A model generated the notes under the pieces. It was not told the DNA's origin, made no database searches, and saw only the letters and a program-made list of their open reading frames with translations. A stretch of 20,000 nt of DNA from an uncultured virus (IMG/VR IMGVR_UViG_3300032093_000081) (lineage: Duplodnaviria; Heunggongvirae; Uroviricota; Caudoviricetes), in the IMG/VR virus record IMGVR_UViG_3300032093_000081; one strand, given 5' to 3'. Each line of letters opens with the position of its first letter. Positions within the stretch are counted from its first letter, which is position 1. This document shows, in pieces, positions 1 to 7,605 of the stretch. A program made the translations under genes and the position numbers.

Positions 1-800
1 CTTCTTACTACGTTATCTACGTCTTGTTGGACAGTAGTACGCATTAAAGTGTTACGAGCAGCTTCAAATTTTTGAGACTGCTCTTGCCGGTAAAACTGAA
101 ACTTAGATTGTATTTGATTGTATGTTTCATCTACTACAGAATGAAACAACTGCTCAAAAAACTTGTACTTTAAAAACGATTTAATGTATTCTTCTACCTG
201 AATAATATCAGGAACCTTTCTTAGTCCTTTTTCATCTGTAGGAATGCTTCGATACTTCATGTAAACGTTGCCTTCTCCAAAACTAGATTCAATAGACCCG
301 TTAAGTTTTATCCTTAAAGAGTCCATAGCTTGGACTCTTAGGTTTTCACAATTATCTACGCACATATTACTAGATTCAAAATACACTCGTAACCAACGTG
401 GTCGGTCTAATTTGATTCTGTATCCCGGGTGCAAAGAGGTAATCTGTTCGTGAATAATGTATTCTTTGTTGTCTTGACAATGACCAGTAGAAGTAATTTG
501 TTTAGTCCAAGTGCCGATAAGGCTTGTTGGCCCTGCAATCCATTCTACTTCAGTAGCATAACTTAAAGCATATTCTAAACGATGAAAATCTGGGGGGAGT
601 TCTGACCTGTAATCAACAAAAGTTAAAACTGCTTCTTCTTGTTTAAGGGCTTTAAACTCAAGCTTTCTTAAAGCAATATCTACATAAGTAGGAATAAGAA
701 TTTCACTTATAGCCCCTGCTTCAAAATAAGACTCAAGCTCTATTTTGACTTCAGATATTAAAGAATCTGCGCTATGAAAATGTATGTCTTGGTATTTCAT
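1..800 (-). CDS. Tail ring / tail tubular protein (crAss-like), 3' end outside the window; not in the supplied ORF track
   Basis: ATG at 800-798 overlaps the TGA of the upstream gene (ATGA). Manual translation is open to the window edge: MKYQDIHFHSADSLISEVKIELESYFEAGAISEILIPTYVDIALRKL...ELPPDFHRLEYA...SSFGEGNVYMKYRSIPTDEKGLRKVPDIIQVEEYIKSFLKYKFFEQL. The LPxDF and YxSIPxDExGxxxVPD motifs and the position after the IHF-like gene match crAss-like ring proteins. Confidence 0.75.
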   Translation of the reverse strand, partial: MKYQDIHFHSADSLISEVKIELESYFEAGAISEILIPTYVDIALRKLEFKALKQEEAVLTFVDYRSELPPDFHRLEYALSYATEVEWIAGPTSLIGTWTKQITSTGHCQDNKEYIIHEQITSLHPGYRIKLDRPRWLRVYFESSNMCVDNCENLRVQAMDSLRIKLNGSIESSFGEGNVYMKYRSIPTDEKGLRKVPDIIQVEEYIKSFLKYKFFEQLFHSVVDETYNQIQSKFQFYRQEQSQKFEAARNTLMRTTVQQDVDNVVR

Positions 801-1303
801 TTTGCCATCTTATTAGAAAGGGCGTTTTTTGTTATAAGCTGTCTTAGTTCTAATCCTGTTTTAAAGGTAAAAAACCCTAAAACAGGAAACTGTCGATAAT
901 AAGGATAGAAATATGCCCGATAGACTTTTCCGTCCATATCCCCTACAGGAACACGTCTCATCTCTTTTGTTTTGTTGTAGTGTGCCCAATCTGGCCTAGT
1001 CTTTATTCTCCCGGGTTTATCCGATTGAGAACTGTAAGGAACAGTTCCAATTACTTTAAGAAGGCCAAACTTTGGAAACCTTACTGCATAAAGTCCTGAA
1101 GCAATCTTTTCTCGGATACTTTTATTTACTGCTCTAGGAATAGCTATAAACTCTTTATAAGTAATATCTGTTCTTCCAGTCTCTCGAATAAACCGTCCAT
1201 AAGCAGCTTTATTTGAAAAAGAAAAAAAGTCTGTAAACTTTGGTAGTTTAATCTTTTGATTCTTCTTTTTTTCTTCGGTGAGTGTGTGGTTAAGGTTGGT
1301 CAT
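797..1303 (-). CDS. IHF/HU-like DNA-binding protein (crAss-like IHF-type gene of the tail module)
   Basis: Basic 168 aa protein with a helix-helix-strand pattern ITYKEFIAIPRAVNKSIREKIASGLYAVRFPKFGLLKV (HU-like VxxxxFGxFxV), followed by RPDWAHY. It lies between two ring-protein genes, as in crAss-like phages. Confidence 0.6.
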   Translation of the reverse strand: MTNLNHTLTEEKKKNQKIKLPKFTDFFSFSNKAAYGRFIRETGRTDITYKEFIAIPRAVNKSIREKIASGLYAVRFPKFGLLKVIGTVPYSSQSDKPGRIKTRPDWAHYNKTKEMRRVPVGDMDGKVYRAYFYPYYRQFPVLGFFTFKTGLELRQLITKNALSNKMAK

Positions 1304-1925
1304 CTCTGTTGTTTACAGTAGGTTCAGTAGGAATCTTATGATAGTTAATCAAAGACTGATTGATTAATTCAAACAAAGTATCTTCTAAATATCCGGGAAA
1401 TTTGAACGGATACTCATAAAAAGAAGCACAAGGGTCTGGATTTAACGGCTCAGGGAAATAGGCATAAATGTTTACTTCCTCAATATCTGGGTTAAATACA
1501 AACAAATGTCTGTTTTTAATTATGTAGTACAGTTTGTGCTTATCTGTTACTCTAAGTTTTTTAGCGTTTAGGTATTCTCGTACTGAAGTAGGAAATACTT
1601 CTTCGTTATTAGCTACTGCAAAAATTCCCTGAATCATGTATCCATAAATAGATTCTTCGACTTGAGGCAGCTCTATGACAGAAGTTCGTACTTTTTCAGA
1701 AAGACCAAACTCAGTGTAGGTGGTTTCTTTTAACTGAAGCCTTTCATAAAACTGGTAAATAGTATCAGAAATTAAAAGTTTTCGTTGCCCCATTTCTCTC
1801 TTGATTAAAAGAGAGGCTTTAGATTTTAAGACACTATAAAGAAACCTATCTGAAAAGAAATCATCTTCAGAGGCAAACTTATTAAAAGTCTTTATCCTAG
1901 ATAAATACTCAGCAACTGTCTTCAT
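1290..1925 (-). CDS. Tail ring protein (crAss-like)
   Basis: 211 aa. N-terminal SEDDFFSDRFLYSVLKSKASLLIKRE, central RTSVIELP, YYIIKNRHLFVFN, C-terminal YPFKFPGYL...IPTEPTVNNRD. Pattern and synteny resemble crAss-like ring proteins. Confidence 0.65.
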   Translation of the reverse strand: MKTVAEYLSRIKTFNKFASEDDFFSDRFLYSVLKSKASLLIKREMGQRKLLISDTIYQFYERLQLKETTYTEFGLSEKVRTSVIELPQVEESIYGYMIQGIFAVANNEEVFPTSVREYLNAKKLRVTDKHKLYYIIKNRHLFVFNPDIEEVNIYAYFPEPLNPDPCASFYEYPFKFPGYLEDTLFELINQSLINYHKIPTEPTVNNRDDQP

Positions 1926-1938
1926 GATGTATTATTTA

Positions 1939-1964
1939 CAAATATAGTTCAATTTGAAACCAAA
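1939..1964 (-). promoter_or_regulatory. Bacteroidota-type promoter element (TTTG-N14-TATATTTG)
   Basis: Minus strand reads TTTG gtttcaaattgaac TATATTTG taaataatacatc ATG. It sits directly downstream of a terminator hairpin and 13 nt before the ATG at 1925. Confidence 0.6.
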
Positions 1965-1976
1965 TGGGTTTAAACC

Positions 1977-2000
1977 AAAAGAGCACGGTTTCCCGTGCCC
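1977..2000 (-). terminator. Intrinsic terminator after the 735 aa fibre gene
   Basis: Minus strand GGGCACGG-GAAA-CCGTGCTC-TTTTGGTTT: an 8-bp stem (one G-U pair), GNRA loop and U tract. Confidence 0.8.
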
Positions 2001-2038
2001 CTTTGAATCTAACAGAGACCAACCCTTACTCTGCAAGG

Positions 2039-4237
2039 TCATATTAAGTGATAAGAAATACCTCCTATCATTACTTCTAGTTCTTGGTTTGCAGGAATAG
2101 TTGTAGATACGCCAGTAGGCTCAATAATCCTCAACTTAACATCGCCTGCAGGCGTAACAGTAATCACTCCCGCGTATACGTGCGTAGGAACAGATAAGTT
2201 ATCTTTTCTAATTACTTGGCATCCAAAATATTGAATTTTCTGAGGTCGTACTGCAGTAGGAATAGCAGTGGAAAGAGTAATGTCTGCGTTACTTACTGAA
2301 ATATATCCTCCAACTGTAGCCACTAAAAAAGAAGTTCCTTCAAACACGCATAAGCTTCCTTGTTTTACTACTCGTACATAAGTAGCCCCCGGAATAACAT
2401 ATTCAGCAGAAGGAAGATTATTTAAGTTAATTCCGCTTAAATTATTTGGAACAAGTTGGTAAGCTACTGGTACTGCAGAAAGATTGCTCAGACTATAAGT
2501 AACTACTCCCGGGGCAACTGTCTTGGTTACGCCAATAGTTCCATCAGGACTATCTACTACTAACCCAACATCTAATTCTTGGTCAATCCACTCTGTGCCA
2601 TTCCACATTAAAACCGAGTGGTCAGTAGGGGTAGTAATGTTTACATCTCCTAAGTTATTCAGACTGCAACTTGAAAGCATTGAACAACTAAAGATAACCG
2701 CAGGGTCTAATGAAACAGAAGCGCCACAAGAACTTGAAGTAACTACAAAGTGACTTGCGTTAAACGAAAAGTTTACTTGTTTAAGAGCAGATACTATCCA
2801 ACCTAGTTGAGTTTCTAAAGTAACTGCAGAAGTAGAAGCACCTACTCCTGAAAAACAAGCAGCCCATTGAGAAACCGCAAAGCTATTTGCTCTAAGATTT
2901 GCGCCCATCGCTGTAAAGTAGCCGTTAAACGTAATAAGTACGTTTTTCAGCACTCCAACAGTAACCCGCATATCTTGATTGATTGCTCCTCCATGAGCCC
3001 CGCTTGAAAAAGGAACAGCAGAGTTATCAAACTTGGTATAGTTTGTTCCAATCAACAGGTCAATATCATCTAGTCTTCCTTCGTGAGCGGCTACATCCGC
3101 AGCCAATACTGACTTAATAGAACAGATATTAGTAAGAAGCCAGTTAATCCATTGAGTAGCAGTAGCTGTTCCGGAACCGGGCTGTGCACTAAAATCAGAA
3201 GCACACGCACTAGGAGTAGTGATTCCGGTAATAACTGCACTTTGATTATAAGAACTGCACAGTTTACTAGCCATCTCAGTCAAAATCTGGCTCAAAGTAG
3301 AAGTACCCGAAGTCAGACTTAAACAGGCCGGAACTACCATTGTAGGTACTTCAGTAGCAACAAGCCTAGTATTTACAGAACATACAGCAGCAGAAGCAGC
3401 TTCTACAAACTGTTGTTCATTTTGAATAGATGTACCAGAACCTAACCCTCCACCTACACGTAAACAACTAAAGTTAAAAGCAGAGTAATCCGAGAAACTT
3501 CCAAAGAGAGAACATAGACGAGTATTAATGTTTTTTATTACTGTATCTAAATTATCCAAAGTATTAATTTGCTCTTTGATTGAGAGAACAGTAATAGTTA
3601 AGTCGTTAGTTCCATCTACAGCTCCTCCCCCAATAGCACTTCCTTTGATAAGAATAGTTTCCCCAATCAAGTAGTTATTGGACGCATCTACAATTTCTAC
3701 AGTGTATTGATTAGACCCCGCAGTACGAGTAATCTTAAAAGTAGCTTTTTTAGATACACTATTAACTGTAATTGTCAGGTTATCTCCAGAACTACCTCCG
3801 GGGAAAAGAGTGCCGGGCAGACTAAGGACATCTCCTACGTTATACTCAGAGCCTGCAAGAGCAAGGGCTACCCCAGTAGAGTTATTGATTGACCCTCCGG
3901 AGATAACTACAGTAAACGCCGCACCACTTCCATTGGTAGAAGTAGGAAAATAAGGGCCAAAGTTTCCGTCGGGGGTAAGCCCACTTGCCGTACCAGTTAC
4001 AGTATAACTTAAAACTCCTCCTCTGTTTTCTTGCCCGCTTAAAGGATTAGTGGATACAGTTGATGTAGGCACAGGAGCAACTCCAGATACACTAACAGTT
4101 CCTATCGGGCCTCTTCCACAATAAAGAGGGTCTCCAGAGTATTTTATGCACTTGGTATAGTTGGTTTCAATACATCCAATCTTATCACAAGGATTTGGAG
4201 TTTGAACTTGGTAACAATCTTGACAAGTAGAGCTCAT
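2039..4237 (-). CDS. Large Cys-rich virion fibre-like protein with a putative C-terminal receptor-binding head
   Basis: The track starts at a TTG (4246), but the ATG at 4237 in an ATGA overlap is the likelier start. Contains an N-terminal Cys cluster (CIETNYTKCIKYSG), Gly/Ser/Thr beta modules, Cys-terminated helical repeats, the fibre motif LNNLGDVNITTPTDHSVLMWNGTEW, and a C-terminal beta domain with VVKQGSLCVFEG...IPTAVRP...ITVTPAGDV. Confidence 0.65.
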   Translation of the reverse strand: MSSTCQDCYQVQTPNPCDKIGCIETNYTKCIKYSGDPLYCGRGPIGTVSVSGVAPVPTSTVSTNPLSGQENRGGVLSYTVTGTASGLTPDGNFGPYFPTSTNGSGAAFTVVISGGSINNSTGVALALAGSEYNVGDVLSLPGTLFPGGSSGDNLTITVNSVSKKATFKITRTAGSNQYTVEIVDASNNYLIGETILIKGSAIGGGAVDGTNDLTITVLSIKEQINTLDNLDTVIKNINTRLCSLFGSFSDYSAFNFSCLRVGGGLGSGTSIQNEQQFVEAASAAVCSVNTRLVATEVPTMVVPACLSLTSGTSTLSQILTEMASKLCSSYNQSAVITGITTPSACASDFSAQPGSGTATATQWINWLLTNICSIKSVLAADVAAHEGRLDDIDLLIGTNYTKFDNSAVPFSSGAHGGAINQDMRVTVGVLKNVLITFNGYFTAMGANLRANSFAVSQWAACFSGVGASTSAVTLETQLGWIVSALKQVNFSFNASHFVVTSSSCGASVSLDPAVIFSCSMLSSCSLNNLGDVNITTPTDHSVLMWNGTEWIDQELDVGLVVDSPDGTIGVTKTVAPGVVTYSLSNLSAVPVAYQLVPNNLSGINLNNLPSAEYVIPGATYVRVVKQGSLCVFEGTSFLVATVGGYISVSNADITLSTAIPTAVRPQKIQYFGCQVIRKDNLSVPTHVYAGVITVTPAGDVKLRIIEPTGVSTTIPANQELEVMIGGISYHLI

Positions 4238-4755
4238 GGCGGACAAATCTTTTTAATTATTGCTTGTAGCAAGTCTTTCAATGTTTTTGGTCCTTCTGGA
4301 GAAAAACATGAATCTTCTGCTAGACACTTCACATCTAACTTACCATTCAAAGGAAGGTCAAGCCAAAAGACGTTAGTCTTAGTAGTGTTAGACTCATTCA
4401 TTAAATAATTGAGCCTCTTTGATACTTCACAAAGAGCCCCAATTAACTGAATTACTACTTCTCCTTCTACGTATCGTTTATCATTATAATGATACGTAGA
4501 AACATTAGCCAAATTAAGAAGATTTAATCCGCATACGTCATTAGCTGCCTTTAGGTCAGCTACGCTTATGCCTCCTTTAGCTAAGAGATCTGTAATGTGA
4601 TTACTGTACAAAAGAGTAACCTCTTGCATATTAGGGTTACATCCTTCGTATTCTTTATGAAGCACACTATCGGCAGGCTGAGTGCCTGTGTACTTAATGC
4701 ATTTGGCCGGAGTTATTTCAGGGCAGCTATAGTCTTCGCAACAACGTGTAGTCAT
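4234..4755 (-). CDS. Cys-rich putative virion protein, paralogous to the N-terminal part of the 735 aa fibre
   Basis: 173 aa with ATGA overlaps at both ends. CPEITPAKCIKYTG matches CIETNYTKCIKYSG in the next gene, and it ends TLKDLLQAIIKKIC. Confidence 0.65.
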   Translation of the reverse strand: MTTRCCEDYSCPEITPAKCIKYTGTQPADSVLHKEYEGCNPNMQEVTLLYSNHITDLLAKGGISVADLKAANDVCGLNLLNLANVSTYHYNDKRYVEGEVVIQLIGALCEVSKRLNYLMNESNTTKTNVFWLDLPLNGKLDVKCLAEDSCFSPEGPKTLKDLLQAIIKKICPP

Positions 4756-4949
4756 ATTTTTCGAATGAAAGTAATAAGGTTAGATGCCTCTTCACAGGTA
4801 GGACAATGCTCCCTGCCAAAAAAATAATTAAGAACTATAGAACGATTCTGATTAGTTCCTAAACGAAACTTTTGATGCAAAAGCTCTTTCTTGCTTTGCT
4901 CTGCTAATTTCTTAGCAACAAGAGTCTTCAATTCTTTTGAGCAACTCAT
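4752..4949 (-). CDS. Small hypothetical protein (CxxC), likely virion-associated
   Basis: 65 aa, ATG start overlapping the upstream gene by 38 nt. Its TGA overlaps the next ATG, and it fills the gap in a tightly packed operon. Confidence 0.6.
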   Translation of the reverse strand: MSCSKELKTLVAKKLAEQSKKELLHQKFRLGTNQNRSIVLNYFFGREHCPTCEEASNLITFIRKI

Positions 4950-5430
4950 TTGCTTTATTGTAAAGTTCTTTTGCGAGTTCAGGATTACACAAATATGCGT
5001 GTGCTTGAGCCCCTTTAAGGTAAAATTCCACCTTTTCTAATTCTGTAAACGGCTGTCCTTCAAGTCGGCAGTAACTATGAACATATTTAGCCCACTGTTC
5101 CATTAACCTACAATCAATCCTTGAAGTCCTCAAATAATACTGAGGATGAGACCCTGTGTCTGGACAAGTAATCAAATCAAGCTTATAAAGCCCGTCAGGA
5201 AGAGGGGCAAAGTCCTGAGTTGCATTTGTAGTGTACCCAAAAGAGTACGAGTTAAAAATGTTTACGTTACCTAGTCCAAAAGAGAACTCGTAAGCCGTAT
5301 CATATCCCGGAACATAAATGTGAATAGTTGCTGTGTCGGGAGGCTCAGGATAATAAGAAGTATCTAAAATAGAAAGATAAGCAGGGTCTTCTGCTTTTAG
5401 TACTTCGAGGTTTCTTTGTAATCTAGGCAT
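4912..5430 (-). CDS. Putative structural protein (possible tail hub / fibre-attachment protein)
   Basis: 172 aa with a beta-rich N-terminus (LPDGLYKL) and a helical C-terminus (EKVEFYLKGAQAHAYLCNPELAKELYNKANELL). It lies between the auxiliary capsid gene and a ring gene, where crAss-like tail hub genes occur. The function is inferred from synteny only. Confidence 0.5.
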   Translation of the reverse strand: MPRLQRNLEVLKAEDPAYLSILDTSYYPEPPDTATIHIYVPGYDTAYEFSFGLGNVNIFNSYSFGYTTNATQDFAPLPDGLYKLDLITCPDTGSHPQYYLRTSRIDCRLMEQWAKYVHSYCRLEGQPFTELEKVEFYLKGAQAHAYLCNPELAKELYNKANELLKRIEDSCC

Positions 5431-5437
5431 AGTAATT

Positions 5438-5469
5438 AAAAGGAGAGGGTGTTACCCCTCTCCTCTTTT
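5438..5469. terminator. Intrinsic terminator, possibly bidirectional
   Basis: AAAAGGAGAGGG-TGTTAC-CCCTCTCCTCTTTTT: a 9-bp core stem with T tracts on both strands, immediately after the 5470 stop codon. Confidence 0.8.
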
Positions 5470-5958
5470 TTAGATGACAACAAATCCAATTTTCAAGATT
5501 CCGTTAAGAGCGCCAGTTCCTCCGTTGCTGATTGCAATCTTAAAAGAACCTGCTACAATCTCTTCTACTAAAATTGATGGATTACCAGTAGTGCCCGAGT
5601 AATCTACAATACTTGCAAGTACAATGCTCCCAAGTGCTACTGCAGAATTATTTACAGTAAACACAGTTAAGGTATGAGCTGCTGCAGTAGTAGATACAGT
5701 AGTAATGACTCCGCTTGCTGCATTTAAGTCTACAGGCGTAGTAATGCTAGTCTGTTGAGTAGCTGCTCCTTTACTAGAAAGAGTCAAAGTGCTAACAGTA
5801 GCACTCGTTCCTACAAAGTTTTTGGCGCAACATACTGCAGACGCAGCCAAGTATTCAGATAAATACTTCTGTAACGACTGACCATTACCTTTTAAGAAAT
5901 CAGTCTTAGAAGGAATGACTGCCGAATAAGTTCCGGGTTTTAAGAAAATGTCTTTCAT
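5470..5958 (-). CDS. Putative head fibre / capsid decoration protein
   Basis: 162 aa. An ~45 aa N-terminal segment ends in CC, followed by an Ala/Thr/Ser/Val-rich beta domain (TQQTSITTPVDLNAASGVITTVS...FTVNNSAV...GSFKIAISN...ALNGILKIGFVVI). It follows the auxiliary capsid gene directly. Confidence 0.55.
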   Translation of the reverse strand: MKDIFLKPGTYSAVIPSKTDFLKGNGQSLQKYLSEYLAASAVCCAKNFVGTSATVSTLTLSSKGAATQQTSITTPVDLNAASGVITTVSTTAAAHTLTVFTVNNSAVALGSIVLASIVDYSGTTGNPSILVEEIVAGSFKIAISNGGTGALNGILKIGFVVI

Positions 5959-5971
5959 AAGTTTTTACTTA

Positions 5972-6007
5972 AATAGGTTGGGAGAGATAATTCCCTCCCA
6001 ACCTATT
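5972..6007 (-). other. Long RNA hairpin (weak terminator or mRNA-stabilising stem) after the auxiliary capsid gene
   Basis: Perfect 13-bp inverted repeat AATAGGTTGGGAG / CTCCCAACCTATT, extendable to 16 bp with G-U on the minus strand. Only a short T run follows. Confidence 0.7.
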
Positions 6008-6012
6008 AAGGA

Positions 6013-7599
6013 TTAAAGAGTGAGTCCGGAGAAAGCTTGAACTGCGGTTTCAAAAGCAGAGATAGCACCAGAGTTAGTGCTGTCAATAAGCACAACCAGC
6101 GAATGCTCGTTCTCTGTTTTCTTTTCATAACCGATACTAGAAGCCTCAATGTAGTTAAGTTCATACATGTTGTAAGTTTTAGTCTTATCAACATAGAACT
6201 TAACGTCCTCATTGTAAATAGGATTCCAGTAATATCGAGCCTCCATTACGTTAGGAAGGTTGTAAGTGAAGTGGTTACGCTCAAACTCTGCAAGAGCTTT
6301 ACCATCTCCAATTGCATACTGAATCTCTTGAGTGGTAGTGATACTCCAAGGAGAAAGAGCATCTTCCAAATCAAAGTCCTGAGAAGTGAAAGGAGCAGGG
6401 TGAACAGCTACTTTAAACCTCACTGCGTTGAACACGTAAGGTACAGCATCCGGCACACAAGCATTTCCAAACTCATCCAAAGTGTTACCTACCAACTTGA
6501 CACCGCAAGTGGTTACACTTCCTGCAGTTACTTGTACTTTTTCCCAAGCAAGACCTTTGTACACAGGCATCTGTTTGATGTCCACTAAAGGTGAAACGAT
6601 TTCAAACATGATGTTACCAGTGCTGTTAGTGTCAGGGTCGCCATCAGTATCAGCAGTGATAGTGATTGCTCCATAAGTAGCAGAAGGGTAGTACGCTTTC
6701 AAATCATCCAACAAAAGACCTTCTGCACCGGTAGTAGACACTACGGTTACTACAATGTCGTCTAAAGGGCTAGTACCTCCAGTCATTGCAGTACCGGCAA
6801 TAGTCAGGGTATCCCCGATAGTGTAACCAGAACCTGCAGCATTCAGAGCAACTGAAGTTACAGTTCCACCTCCACCTACTACTACGTTAAAAGTAGCACT
6901 AGAACCAGTACCGCCTGTTACAGCTACACCAGTGTAAGTACCAGCAGTAACACCTGCAGCAGAAGTAGTGTGAGTAATGGTTTTAACTCCACCTACACTA
7001 GTACCGGGGTCTTGAATAGTCAAGATGTACTTGTAAGTAGGAGCACTTCCTTTAAACACATGAGAAGCAGTAACATACTTAGAAAGCAACGGGTTAGCGT
7101 TAACTTTAGTTACGATTTCCTGCATGAAAGAATAGCAGTTCAGAGAATCACAACCCCCGCCGCATTCGCTGCAGAGAGTAGTGTTTACCCGAACACTTTC
7201 CTGAATCATCGGCTGATACACACCTTTAGTCCAGTATTCTTGGATTTTCAAGGTAACTACGTACTCTTCGCCACAAGAGAAAGTAGGTACTTTTCCATCA
7301 TTTACTTCGTCAAAGCCCAAGTAGGTGATTTGCTGCTTTACGGTAGAATCAGCTACAGTCTTGCGAAGTGCAGTGATGTTGGACTTCTTGATTACACCAG
7401 ACTTGAACGTACCGAATTTAGACTGTCCGCTTTGCAGAACAATCATGCCTTCAGTCGCAACGTAAGGTGAACCGAGAGTACCAAGGTTAGTGGTCAGGGC
7501 ACTGTTGTAAAAACCCAGTGCTTGGGTAGCCAATGCGCTATGAGCGCTAGAGGCATTTACGGAGGTAGGTACAAAGACCTGTGTTACTTTGTAGTTCAT
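6013..7599 (-). CDS. Auxiliary capsid protein-like structural protein with inserted domains
   Basis: 528 aa with the same strong codon bias as the MCP. It lies downstream of MCP, gene 75 and a ring gene. N-terminal MNYKVTQVFV, KSGVIKKSNIT, GEEYVVTLKI and C-terminal YVDKTKTYNMYELNY...HSLVVLID fit crAss-like auxiliary capsid proteins. Confidence 0.6.
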   Translation of the reverse strand: MNYKVTQVFVPTSVNASSAHSALATQALGFYNSALTTNLGTLGSPYVATEGMIVLQSGQSKFGTFKSGVIKKSNITALRKTVADSTVKQQITYLGFDEVNDGKVPTFSCGEEYVVTLKIQEYWTKGVYQPMIQESVRVNTTLCSECGGGCDSLNCYSFMQEIVTKVNANPLLSKYVTASHVFKGSAPTYKYILTIQDPGTSVGGVKTITHTTSAAGVTAGTYTGVAVTGGTGSSATFNVVVGGGGTVTSVALNAAGSGYTIGDTLTIAGTAMTGGTSPLDDIVVTVVSTTGAEGLLLDDLKAYYPSATYGAITITADTDGDPDTNSTGNIMFEIVSPLVDIKQMPVYKGLAWEKVQVTAGSVTTCGVKLVGNTLDEFGNACVPDAVPYVFNAVRFKVAVHPAPFTSQDFDLEDALSPWSITTTQEIQYAIGDGKALAEFERNHFTYNLPNVMEARYYWNPIYNEDVKFYVDKTKTYNMYELNYIEASSIGYEKKTENEHSLVVLIDSTNSGAISAFETAVQAFSGLTL

Positions 7600-7605
7600 G
7601 GTTTA

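Noticed and set aside
268..453. 61 aa plus-strand ORF and the other short plus-strand ORFs in the track
   Set aside because: All lie antisense to supported minus-strand genes and show no independent coding evidence.
2039..2450. Diversity-generating retroelement target at the fibre C-terminus
   Set aside because: No template repeat or reverse transcriptase is visible in this window. One elsewhere in the genome cannot be excluded.
4238..4246. TTG start at 4246 given by the ORF track for the fibre gene
   Set aside because: The ATG at 4237 forms an ATGA overlap with the upstream stop, the coupling pattern used repeatedly in this operon.
6037..7470. Plus-strand ORFs (183, 64 and 166 aa) antisense to the auxiliary capsid gene
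   Set aside because: Same shadow-ORF effect in a codon-biased gene, and the translations do not look like real proteins.
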